In this document: piece by piece, positions 28,601 to 39,700 of the stretch
Numbering within the stretch: the first letter of the stretch is position 1
How the letters are laid out: each line of letters starts with the position of its first letter
Virus record (IMG/VR): IMGVR_UViG_3300023179_000076
Span: 1-64,000 of that record
From: an uncultured virus (IMG/VR IMGVR_UViG_3300023179_000076)
Taxonomy: Duplodnaviria; Heunggongvirae; Uroviricota; Caudoviricetes
DNA: 64,000 bases
Direction: 5' to 3' (one strand)
Made by a program: the position numbers and the translations under genes
The notes under the pieces: generated by a model
The model's database searches: none
What the model was told of the DNA's origin: nothing
Seen by the model: only the letters and a program-made list of their open reading frames with translations

Positions 28601-31600
28601 TATATTTAAATATCGAAGCCTCTGCTTTATACCAGAATACGCCATCTTTACTAAAATTAATTAATATTTTTTCTGGACTACCAAAAGGATATCTACTATA
28701 GTCTTGATGAAAAATATCATGCGAAATATCTTGTTGATATTCAGCTGCTCTAATACTACTAAAATATGCGACAAGAGCCCCATATGCACTATCCAAACCT
28801 GGGCCTGATCCAGCTATTCCGGCACCTATTCCGACCAGACCGGCTCCGCTCATGCCAGCCATTCCTGCTATAATTGTCATTATATTTAAAATTGCATTTG
28901 TTGGAAAATCAACAAGATAGCCCGGCGTCGGAGATCCTAATTGATCTAGTTTAGCGGATTGGCATAGACTATAGTCATAAAAAAATATATTAGGAGCATT
29001 AATATTACTAAATGGTAAAAGATGTTTATGATTCTTAAGATTTGCTATAAAACTATAGCCAGCATATTTAGGTTTATTAGAATAATCTATTAATGCTAAT
29101 GCTTCATTATTTCCGTAGGTATGACACGAGCTTAAATTAGGCATTGTTGGTTTAATGACATCATTTACATGTAATAACAGATCCCAGCTACATAGAGCGT
29201 TATCAAATTGACTAGTATTAATTTTTCCAGCAAAGTCATAGGCGTTCGTAAACATCATAGAGCTGACATTATTGTTTAACGGAAACATATCGTCAGATTC
29301 GTCATATACCGTTATGTTCAAAGAAAAAGAAGTTTGACTATCGTATCTAGGTCTACCAACCGGTACGTTTACTCCTATGCAAGAAGAATTATGAAATAAT
29401 GGCTTAGCCCTATATTTTGCAAAGCTATTATTGACTATATTTATTTTATTAGTAGTCATAATATTTTGATAAATAGCAGCCTGACGATCCGAATAATATA
29501 TCGAGCTTGTTGTTGGTTTAATACTATCATTATTACCAATAATATATTGATTATTATATGGCGGAGCGGTTTGATTATCTATATCTATTTCGTCGAATAC
29601 TGCATTGCCAGCGCCATATCGAAGACTGCTTTGAGATATCGAGCCAACACCAGACCCTTTTGTTGCAAAGCTCTTGTCATACAGAACACTGTATTTATTT
29701 GCATTATCCGAAAAAGTTAAGCTTAAATTCATACTATGATTTTGAATATATTCTTGATTTAACAAATATAACACTTGTGGTTTTAGTACATCTTCAAAAG
29801 CTTCATTTTCTATTTTAACAGGATCATAGACCGTATTCATTATGGTTAGTATACGAAGATAATCGTCAAAATCATCATTACCTAATGGAATAAAAGATAA
29901 ACTGTTTTTAAAATTTACATTACCATCACCAGCCCTTGGTCTCCAATTATTAAATTTAGTATATCCATTACCCAATAGCCTATAAGGGCCATCCACAGTA
30001 GTTCCTACTGTTTGATCAATAAAAGTATTTGCTTCAGGTTTTATAGCAGACTCTAGAGGAAAACGAGGAGGATCCTTACACTTAGCATCACATATTCTAG
30101 CATACTCATCTGTACACGGACTTAAAGCTAATGATATGGCTATATCTTTTGTATTAACATAATTTAAAAAATTTAATTTTACTTCAAGATCTTGAATAGT
30201 AAAATCTAATACTCTTGGATTTCTTATACCTTTCCATTCTCCAGTAGGATCAGGGACTCCTTTGTAATAACCTCCTTCTGATTTTGATCCGTCTGGTTTT
30301 AAACAATTTGGTTGAGGCAGACCAGAGGAAATATCTCCTGTTTCTGGATCTATATTATCTCTCGGGGTTGTTAGAGTCCTAAAAAAGTTATTAACCTCAT
30401 TAGGAATGGGACTAATTGGATATGCTGGTCCGGATTGAGTAAAAAGATAATTAAAACTATTATTCATAGTATCACTAGTAAAATTGAATTCATCCATAAC
30501 CGGATTTGAATTAGAATTAATTCTTCTTTCTATTCTTTTGGGTACTCCTCCTCCCAATATTCTATATCCATGAGCATCATTTATGCCAGGTGTATTATTT
30601 GGATATTGATCTGTAGTGTCTCTATGTAGTTGATTCAGCCATTCCCATTCTGGTGGCACATCAGGTCTGCATGGTGTTATATTTATATTGCATGGCTGGG
30701 TATATGGTAAAAATTGAGCATCAGGAATTACGCCTAAATTAATTGTAGACTTACATATTTTAGGTAATATATACACAATATCATTTTCTACAATATATCC
30801 TTCATTATTCAAGTTTGTAATGCTTGGGCCGGTAAAACTAAATGAGTCTCTTGCGCCAGGATTAAATTTTAACACGCTAGATGTATTTCTAACATTGTTA
30901 TAGTGGATACTATCGTGTGGAATCCATCCGCTTTGAGGATGAAAAACCCCTTTGTTGAAAGATAGATAACTAGAAGTTGATTCTGGTAAATAGTCCTCGA
31001 AACAATATTTCTTTTTACCAAAAGGGGCTTCTTCTCCAGGCTTATCGGCAGAATAATATAAGGGTCTGCCCGTAATAGCCGGAAAAGTTTGTTCTGGACC
31101 TATATGATCTGGAATCGTAGAAATATCTAGAGTATTAATTATATTTTGATCATAACCACCATAAGATTTAATTGGTGGACTATAATCTGTAGATATTGGA
31201 GGAAGAGTATAATAACGAAATATTTGTTCTAGACCATCTGCTTTACTAATACCCACAAGAGAGAAAGCGACTTCTGTTCCTCCAGCACCGCCTTTGATCC
31301 TATTCCAAACATTTCCATTACTATATAATTGTGGTAAATAGAAACTAAAACAATCAGCACACTTAGGATCATTATTAATTCTGGTATTTTCTAATATTAT
31401 TTTATCTAATCTATATTTTGTATTATTTAAACTATATTCCAATATTAATGTGCTTGGATCAGATGATCCTTTATTATCAAACATGAATTGGAACATTGGT
31501 AAATTAACCAATAGTTGAGGTCTTTGCTTAATTTTTTTGATATACAAATTAGTATCTACTGGCCAACATAGTCCATTTGCATTCAAAGCAATTTTATTAA

Positions 31601-33758
31601 ATTTTGGCACTATAATCCTTAAATTATCTTGATTAAGATAAATAGGCAGGCTCTCTTTTTGTTTAATATAAAATTCGTCCGATGGTTCTGGAACAAATAT
31701 TTCTTCTGGGTCTGGATCTGGCGGTATTGCATTTTCATTGGTTCCAGCAGCTCGCCAATCTGCAATCACAGGAGCTGTAACATAAAAGGTTTTAATCTTT
31801 ACAAAGGTACCATATGGTGTTTTTATAGTGCATTTTATTTGATATCTACCAGATTGGCTAGGCCAAACATATGCCTCTGTTGATCCAATAAAAACATCAG
31901 TAGATATATCATATCCCGATAAGTCTGTAAATCTTCCATTCGAAACCACTATTGCTGGGCCACTATTGGGAGAAATATACATTTTTATATGATCAATAAA
32001 AAATATGGGTGGTCCGCTAACCTGCTCCCATCTGCATTGAATATAGTCTTTTGCAATAATTTCCGATGGAACAAAAGGATCCTCTGCGTATCTATATGTA
32101 TCTAACTCGAAATCGTCTGTAACAACATTAAACTTTATCAGCTCTGTAAAAAATTTAATAGATCTATTAAACTTAAATAAAACATTAAAAGGACTATTTT
32201 CTGATGAAGGATTAATATTTTCTGGATGATTAGGAATATTACAGGTTTTTTCCATTACAAGATTGATTTTATTTTTTCTACTATTTTTTATCTTTGGCAT
32301 ATATGCATTCATAGCATATAATGGTCTTGGCCGAGCGTAACCTCCTCCATCTTGCCCCAGCCCAACATCTGTTTGTGGCAATGGAGGACCAATAAAAGAT
32401 ACCTTAGATTCTTCTTCATTAAAATTTGTCCCAACAGTTAAGCCACCAATCTTAATATTTTGATTAGCAACAACATGGGTATTCTTAATATTTTTATCTA
32501 CCAGATAGGCTCCTACTTGATTCACAACAATATTAGCGCCATGTCTCAATGGCTGTGTGCTATATATCGCGCTATTATTAGATAATTGTAATTTTAATCC
32601 ATATTTTTGTATTATTTTTAATTTTAGATCATGTAAATTAAAGATTATATTAGTATTTAAAGTATTTTTTATATCGTCTATTAAACTTTTTGATTCTAAA
32701 TACTGCACTGTTTTAATTAATGCATTTTGCAGATTAGTATCTAGTATATAGTTATTGCTAATGTCTCTAATTTTTTTATTTGATAGTCTACTAATAGAAA
32801 ACTCATCTATATATGGACTTGTGGCTAAATATTTGGCTAAATTTTTATAGCATCTAGCGATATTAAGCTGTCTTTTTTCAAAATCTTTCGCATTATCTAA
32901 TGTTATTCTATGATAACAAGCATTATAGACTTGATAAAGAGATGATGGGCAAAATGCTTTTGGTTCTAAATTTCTTCTACTTTCATCTAAATTTGTATAA
33001 TAACTATATACATCTCCATTTGGTACCCATAATAAATATTTACTACCATTGATGATAATATCGGATTCTTGGTAAACAGTAGATGTTGTTTGAAAAGATC
33101 TATTTTCTGCACTATGATTATTAGTTATGGTAAATAATGGAGTGGTTCCACCACCCAAAGTATTTATTTTAACAAAATTATTATAAGGATTATTATCACT
33201 ATAATTAAAAGCAATAGTATTACTGGTAAATCTATGAGATATTTTAGTATTATCTCCAAGCTCATATAATGTTTCGTTATCTATTTTAATAAAAATTCTA
33301 CCATTAAATAATAATCTACTATTATTTGGAAAAGTGTCTATAGGCGACGGACTGGATAGCGGCGTTGGCAATTTTTTAAACCACAACAACAAACCTTTCA
33401 CAGGAAAATGCGATGATAATGGATTATTTAATACCCAGTCAGCCACCATCTCTCCATTTTCAACATTCCAAAAATTAAATCTTGGATTTTTTAAAGACAA
33501 AAAATCTTGAATTCCTAAAAAGTTATAACTATTATTGTATCCAGAAATATATCCTAAATCAGATAGTAGTTTATAGGCACAATATTCTCTACTATTGTCA
33601 ATATTAATAAATAGTGGTGTCCAAATATTATCTTCATGTGTTGTATTTGTAATCAACGAAGATATAGCATTAAAATTTAATATAGCATCCTTAACGGATG
33701 ATTCGAAATCGATCATGTCCTCTAAAAAACTTTTGTTATAAACTATACAGTTATTCAT
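25644..33758 (-). CDS. Very large virion/tail protein (2704 aa) with PKD-like and P-proprotein-like modules
   Basis: Uninterrupted ORF in the structural arm; WEQVSGP..GRYQIKCTI (PKD-like); IQDLEVKLN...LTFSDNA...SWDLLL (P-domain-like). Confidence 0.7.
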   Translation of the reverse strand: MNNCIVYNKSFLEDMIDFESSVKDAILNFNAISSLITNTTHEDNIWTPLFINIDNSREYCAYKLLSDLGYISGYNNSYNFLGIQDFLSLKNPRFNFWNVENGEMVADWVLNNPLSSHFPVKGLLLWFKKLPTPLSSPSPIDTFPNNSRLLFNGRIFIKIDNETLYELGDNTKISHRFTSNTIAFNYSDNNPYNNFVKINTLGGGTTPLFTITNNHSAENRSFQTTSTVYQESDIIINGSKYLLWVPNGDVYSYYTNLDESRRNLEPKAFCPSSLYQVYNACYHRITLDNAKDFEKRQLNIARCYKNLAKYLATSPYIDEFSISRLSNKKIRDISNNYILDTNLQNALIKTVQYLESKSLIDDIKNTLNTNIIFNLHDLKLKIIQKYGLKLQLSNNSAIYSTQPLRHGANIVVNQVGAYLVDKNIKNTHVVANQNIKIGGLTVGTNFNEEESKVSFIGPPLPQTDVGLGQDGGGYARPRPLYAMNAYMPKIKNSRKNKINLVMEKTCNIPNHPENINPSSENSPFNVLFKFNRSIKFFTELIKFNVVTDDFELDTYRYAEDPFVPSEIIAKDYIQCRWEQVSGPPIFFIDHIKMYISPNSGPAIVVSNGRFTDLSGYDISTDVFIGSTEAYVWPSQSGRYQIKCTIKTPYGTFVKIKTFYVTAPVIADWRAAGTNENAIPPDPDPEEIFVPEPSDEFYIKQKESLPIYLNQDNLRIIVPKFNKIALNANGLCWPVDTNLYIKKIKQRPQLLVNLPMFQFMFDNKGSSDPSTLILEYSLNNTKYRLDKIILENTRINNDPKCADCFSFYLPQLYSNGNVWNRIKGGAGGTEVAFSLVGISKADGLEQIFRYYTLPPISTDYSPPIKSYGGYDQNIINTLDISTIPDHIGPEQTFPAITGRPLYYSADKPGEEAPFGKKKYCFEDYLPESTSSYLSFNKGVFHPQSGWIPHDSIHYNNVRNTSSVLKFNPGARDSFSFTGPSITNLNNEGYIVENDIVYILPKICKSTINLGVIPDAQFLPYTQPCNINITPCRPDVPPEWEWLNQLHRDTTDQYPNNTPGINDAHGYRILGGGVPKRIERRINSNSNPVMDEFNFTSDTMNNSFNYLFTQSGPAYPISPIPNEVNNFFRTLTTPRDNIDPETGDISSGLPQPNCLKPDGSKSEGGYYKGVPDPTGEWKGIRNPRVLDFTIQDLEVKLNFLNYVNTKDIAISLALSPCTDEYARICDAKCKDPPRFPLESAIKPEANTFIDQTVGTTVDGPYRLLGNGYTKFNNWRPRAGDGNVNFKNSLSFIPLGNDDFDDYLRILTIMNTVYDPVKIENEAFEDVLKPQVLYLLNQEYIQNHSMNLSLTFSDNANKYSVLYDKSFATKGSGVGSISQSSLRYGAGNAVFDEIDIDNQTAPPYNNQYIIGNNDSIKPTTSSIYYSDRQAAIYQNIMTTNKINIVNNSFAKYRAKPLFHNSSCIGVNVPVGRPRYDSQTSFSLNITVYDESDDMFPLNNNVSSMMFTNAYDFAGKINTSQFDNALCSWDLLLHVNDVIKPTMPNLSSCHTYGNNEALALIDYSNKPKYAGYSFIANLKNHKHLLPFSNINAPNIFFYDYSLCQSAKLDQLGSPTPGYLVDFPTNAILNIMTIIAGMAGMSGAGLVGIGAGIAGSGPGLDSAYGALVAYFSSIRAAEYQQDISHDIFHQDYSRYPFGSPEKILINFSKDGVFWYKAEASIFKYINTPVLSQKQYTYIKLNKNSFPILSRFTFDFVTDIRDLIDDKYIKSLSLPCSSAVSLVGPITYNNTSYNSYDLVDVSFSIDDESNATESCQNGIYSVTDNQWTLLTGNPLLINSNLDYISDNNILFNNQDIYRTNNIFSNFTVNATGNQIIILNGKIPYEIFSLNDNVDVSGNNLEPDPIIEEPIGPETTPGLPTEDNTPQPILQRATGPTYTRKVIAKALIYKDYKPYSVLKMDRSMLGVDFISPQDNVVVVFDLSSSFDNKESPLNQYAFEKDSINTQYPPEILKTTHSIGSYGNGSNFRNKNILNTVPSYNNIKKLDNILNNHINDKFKKPKITINNNIIISSESIGYPHKIIDIPEIMNQKNYIVQETNLDDAIKNKLEYVFNNIESTYSLFYIKNNQLKKENIPLIGNISIEDDLEIKKTITPINGEGLGPDQPIGQEMSDTTYNYLIARLNILEDQREYPSLEQSIGVDNQTNQILESRNLNYINKHLVALSNYNIHKKRTEYALRVLYKEKEDILRLLSEISIKQTAEINLINNNTIIGDIISEDTNNIEIKIQEEIQKIEKDNILNIRRAFTRNTSGIRGQEIAKISLITPFEWMRSFNVYDINYEKNNDDYWINLDPHQSCSIAEELRPKVLKKVEYICRGTPFIQTIAGTPLLPSNNICIRLRGQSIQNNIGDHVTFKKSNKNSGRGPSYESYIYEINENIINSKKTNLENKLRQQGLPIYWKEWVSRRDYHINGDTENLDLAYDNKEILVTAFETYDILLTEVENNNGKAIIKTTSDGDVNEFGKEGGIPALASRESRSPNGYGLLSQGIRVEQSVKIYNVCNLDNINNLKVKIRKLPRLVRGMDMLSTIFRYGIEVPYRAYPRRSALEPLDPFTVVSAGAFSGGVNIINNDFHYWKCMEIDNSTNTLIPSSTPLFFQLMNEMMYRAFYGSVDGIEIKTNDMISQFLWELIPYEFFTKPKIIPEPPLGDDAVQL

Positions 33759-36700
33759 GGTCTAGCAGACGAAAGTGTCCATTTTCCATTGATAAAAATA
33801 AAAATTCCTTTGGTCCCAACAGATGCTGATAGTCCTAATGGATTGGAATAAGATATAACAAAAACTGGTGCTTGTCCAGCTCTTCTTCCAGATACATAAT
33901 GTGCTTCTATTCTTGCTTGATTACCTGTTCCTATTGTTCCTATTGCTGTCACAGACGGTTTCCCTATAGGCTCATAAAAACCACTAAATCTGTCGTATCT
34001 GCACAATAGCTTGGTTCCTCTTGGTGCGGTATAGCCCGTTTTATCTATAACATATACTAATCTTCTATATCCATTTTGCACAGGTTCTTTATTATATTCT
34101 ATATCATCAATAAAAGCTCTTGTAGAATATGTACTATCATAATCGTCTTCTTTAATCATGTCGCTTTCCAATGTAACATAAATATTTCTATATGGACATT
34201 TATTTTCTGTTTTATTTTCTAAAAATTCTTGTAGTGTTGATATGTCTGTTCTATTAGTTACTATAAATGGCGGCAAAATCTCTTCTTTGCAGCCTCCGCC
34301 ACTAGCATCCCATACTCTTCTCTCATTATCCCATCTAACATCGATTGGACCAACAGGCCAAAGATCAGGCCTTTCTGCCCAATTAAGATAGAATTTTTTA
34401 GATGGTTTATTTTTTTTGGTCCATTTTCCATTTCCAGTATTTATACCATTTCCGGTGCCTTTCCATTCGTATCTTGTTGTAATTATATCTCCTAATGGAG
34501 CAGTGTCTCCGGTTGATACTTCGTATTTACCAAATATTTCTAAATTATTCGAACCAAACTTATTATTTCCAGTATCGGAAACAAGCTGAAATCTCAACTG
34601 TCTTCCTTTATCGTCTATGCTATATGGCATATCATAAGCATTTGGTATAGGATATCCATCGGTGTCGAATCCCCAACCATGCATCATTAATGGGCCTCTC
34701 AAAGCTAAAAATCTTTGATTGAGCAACACATTAATATTTTCTAGTTCTTTGACTTTAGTATCAAATCTAGAAAAATCAGGATTATGTCCATTTCTATAAG
34801 TGTTAATATTGGTATTTATATAAAAACTTTCTTCGGTAGGATTGTATTCTCCTCTACTAATAGCTCCGATAGAATGTCTACATCGATCAATACCAGAAGC
34901 GTATGGATTTCTAAATTCTCCAGACGAAACAACTATTGGATTTAAACTATATAAATTAATATCCGGTAATCCTGTTTCACTATCTGGAAATTTATCATTT
35001 TTCTTAATATCTATCTTTGCTCTACTACAAACAGGGCAGGGAATTTGTATATCTGCTGGTGTTTTATCGTCATAAAATGTAGTTGTTAATGCCTCTCCAG
35101 CATTAGTATGATAATCAATATGCGGTATTGTAATATATCTTTTATTATAGCAATATGGACAAGTTGTATCAGTATTTCCGTTTCCTACTGGAACACCGCT
35201 ACCGGCCACATATGTACTAATATTAAAAGTTCTATTATATTGTGTTGGATAAAAAGAAACCGGAGACATTAGTCCATCCAAACTCATAGCAGCTTTACTA
35301 TTATATTGTTGTAATAATTCAGCTCCTATTTCCTTTCCCATCACAGCCCCAACCCAAGAATACATTCTTTTTTGATTTAAAAATCGTTTTCGATCTTCAG
35401 TAGTCTTTCCAATTGGTAAAGGGTTGTCGCCAATATCTTTAATCAAATTAGTATTAATATCTTTCCACCAAACTGGATTTTTTAAACTAGTAATATTTTG
35501 TCCAACAAAAATCTCTATTGGGCTTTCATTATATAATTCTGTTTTAAATTTATCGATACCAAATGGAGTTCTACCTGTTCTTGCTTGTTTTAGTGTTTTT
35601 AATCTTGCTGATTCAATTTTACTAGTTAATCTATTTTGTACATTAGCTATGGCTTTTTGTAATTTACTTGTATCATTATTAAATTCTCTGATAGCATCAG
35701 CATATGTTTTGCTATATAAACCTGTTTTTGGATTGTACGTTTGAAACTGATACGTTGTGGTTACGCCAGCAACACCTACTTGTATACTAATATTAGATAT
35801 TAGTGGACCATCAGACGATACTCCTCTATGATCTATTCTTATACAATCATATGTGATTTCTCTATATCCATTTCTTTTAGTATCAAAAAAAGTATTTGGA
35901 ACATATCTTACTCTATAGTTATCATTATCAAATCTATATTGACCTGCTGGTGGCGTAAAACTTGGATTATCAAAAAATATTCCACCCAAACCAAATATTG
36001 GCGGGCCTACAATAGATACGGAGCCTCTTTCTAACACTGTTTGATAATTAACATCAGCATTTAATCTATATCCGACAGCACGATCCAAGGCGCTAGATGA
36101 TCCATATTTCCATGGCACTAGCTCGGGATCATATTCTACTTTAGAATGATGAATTAAATTATTGATATACGGCTGCGCAATAAAATTATCAGCATAATTT
36201 GTCCAAGGCCCATAACAGAATTGATTACTAACTAATGGGATAGCAAAAAAGTAAGGATGAGCAGCTCTTGGCGCCATCCTCGCATGATCAACACTAGGAT
36301 TAGCTTTTGGTCCTGTAGCTACCAAATACCTAGAATCTATTTCTGGTACAATGTATTCTTTTAAATATCTAATATAATCCACTTCTGTTTTTAAAATATG
36401 CATATCACTTAATATTTGCTCAGCTCGTTGCTGATCTCCATTATCTAGCGCCTCATTTCTTTCTTCTCTAAGATTTTGTAATTTATTTTTTACTTTCATA
36501 TAAATGAGGCTATCTTCTATAGCTATATTTGCTATAATAGATAATCCAGGATCTTTTACATAAGCTAAACTGGTATCAAAAACATCTAATTTATCAACTG
36601 TCATTATTGCTCTAGGATCAGTAAGATTAATAATATTTCCAAAAACAATTTTATCATCGTTAGCTTTTATAAATAATTTAGATGATCTTGGAGATGGTCG

Positions 36701-39700
36701 TCCGAATGGCTCTTTTTTTGACGAGACAGGAACAATAATATAATCACTATCAGCCTCTCCTGATAAATTAGATATATCTAGTGAATGAACACCAAAAGTA
36801 AGCAAAGACATATTTAATATTGACTGTTGAGCCTCATTGATAATCGATGGCCACTGATCAGCCAATGTGGCTAATCCTGTGACAGTTGGGTCTTGTAAAT
36901 ATTCCTTGATACTTTTATTAATACTAGCCCACATATTATTCCAAATAAGTTGCATTCTTGCCCTATCTAATCCGCTGATACAGTTAATGGTCGTTCCAAA
37001 CTCTCTAAGTTCTTTCTGAGCCTCTAATTCTCTATTATGTTTTTTTACTATATCATTTAATATTGTTCGTATCCTATTTTCGGCTGCTATTTGAGCAACA
37101 CTAGCTAATTCAGCATCTGACTGATCCAAATTATCTATAATATCATCAATTTCATTAGCAGCTTCACTTAAACTATCGAGCATTCGTTGTCCAATACTAT
37201 TGTCTCCTTCTCCAAATAATCTTCTTATTCTTTCTTGACGATCTCGTTCACACCATCTTTGTCTAACATCGTCAATATTTAAACTATTATTATATCCAGC
37301 TATTGGCGTTATAAGATTATTATCATCAGTAAAAATTTTTGATGCATTTGAACCAATCATAACACAATCATCTATAAAATTGCCAGGCTCTTCCCAGGCC
37401 CCCTCTGCCAACGCATAATTTTTAAAGATCTTATTACTACCAGCATAAACCGCAATACTACTATACACTCCGGGAATTCTAATACTACTATATTGCAAAT
37501 CTTTGTATAAGATCATATCCGGTAACTTAACCATATACTGTTTACCATAATATTTATCAGCTAAATTTTTAATAAATTCGCAAACTATTTGTAAATCTTT
37601 AATAAAATTATGATTTAAATATAAATTCCAGTTCATATTCAAATCTGTTTTTGCTGCATTACCAGGTATAGAGTTAACACCTTCATGGTTTACATTTCTC
37701 TCTCCGACACCTCCTCTGTGAAGGCCGCTACCACCTTTTATATCATCGTCATCAACACTATTATATGTTGTAAGATCTTCATTAGCGAATAATTCGCCTT
37801 TAAGTTGATAAGCTGAAACTAACATCAGAAATAAATCTGGTTTACTGTATTTGCTTTTTGCTAAGCAGTATGCCAAATAACTGTTAAAGTCAACTTGTGC
37901 CGCCCTCATCTCACTTTCTGTAACAGTAAACCCTGGTTTATTATAAGAATATCTTCTTTTTGGATCTGTTCCTAAAGGTTGCCAAGATCCTTCAGCAGCA
38001 TCTCCTGTTGCTGGATTCGGTGTAGAGTTTGATCCCGAATTTGTGCCACCGGCACCAGCTCCAACTTCTCCCCTATCTAATCCAGCTCCCATAACATCCA
38101 TAGTTAATCGATTTTTATTAAATATACTACTATCATATAGAGGTAGTGGCTCGCCTATATTAACTTGTGGTAACTCATGCATATAAAAACTAACAACTAT
38201 TTGATTTGTCCATATATCAAGATGTACTGGTCGTATGCTTCTAAATTCATTAGCATCATCAGCTGGTGGTAATTGCTCTTCTAGGGTTCTGCCAAAATAT
38301 GGACATATCCAATCATTATGTAAATTCAGATATCTGCTAGCAGGAGCATCGAAACCAGTAATTGGTACGAAACCTCCATCGCTAAAATCTGGAATTTTAT
38401 CCATCGTGGGGTCTTGAGACGACTGATTACCTCCTGGTAGTTCTGGATTATCGGAACAAGAATTATTTGATTCTTCTCTAGACTTACTAGGACATGGTGT
38501 TGGAACAAAATAGACGCATGTAGTATCAATATAATGAGTATCTAAAGTCTCATCGCCTGACAATTGTCCTGGAGTACAAGGCTCTTTCGGTTGACTAGGC
38601 TGCACATCCTTATTTAGATCATCTTCTCTAACAATATAACTTTTATACTCAGATAAATAAATATTACTATTTTTATAATTTCCTTTTATAATTTCTTCAC
38701 TTAGTCCTATAGCGCTAACTTCAATATCTTTCCACTGACTATCTAGACTGGTGAATCTAGTATCTCTTTCAGTGTCGTTAGTGTTTAATCTATTTCCTAT
38801 ATACGGACCCAAACTTAAAGTTGAAATATATGGATGACGTGTTGACATAACATCAGGAACTCGTGCTTTATTAGATGGTCTATTTAAAGTAATAAATTTT
38901 TTAAGAATAGGATTATAAATATAATTAGTTTGAGCATATGGTAGTCTATAGTTTTTAACCTGTAATAATCGTTGCTGAGGTCCGCCTATAATAAATTTAT
39001 GAGTAACATTTTCATTAACATCTTGACCAAAATTACTAGATGATATATTGTATTGTTGGTTTTCCAAATTTGTAACAATAGAACGTATATTGTATGGTGA
39101 TCTATATTCGGTTCTATCAACAGTCATTATTTTAATAACAAACTGATATAGACCATCACTATCAATAGCTGGTATAACTCTTGTAGTGTAATCAGTCCCA
39201 TTTGCTGATACTAATTGATTTAAGAAAGAAGATATGCTTTGTGATCTATTTTCAATTCTATAATCCGATATTAATCCACCAATATCTGACAAATCAAGAC
39301 TAAAAGTATTATATAATGGTGGAGGATTATCTATAATATTTCTATTAGTTCCTATTGTTGGTGTTATAATACCAAATGATTTAATATCTTGAATATTTCC
39401 ATAAATATCTGCCATAGATTTTGTAAGTATTCGTCCAAACGGAGAAAAAGCAGCATCTCTGTCCAATCTAGTATGAGAAGATGTTAGAGCCGCTAGTCCA
39501 GACAACACGTCTATTGCTCTTAATCCATTTTCATTTTTATTGGATCCTCCAAAAAAATCTATTCCAAAACTTTCTAAAAATCCATATACATTAAAGATAT
39601 TTGGAATATTTCCTTGACTTAATAATCCATTATAATTAAAATTATTTAAATTAATATCATTAACAGGAGTTCCTTTACCAAGTCCCTGCGATCCGAAGAT

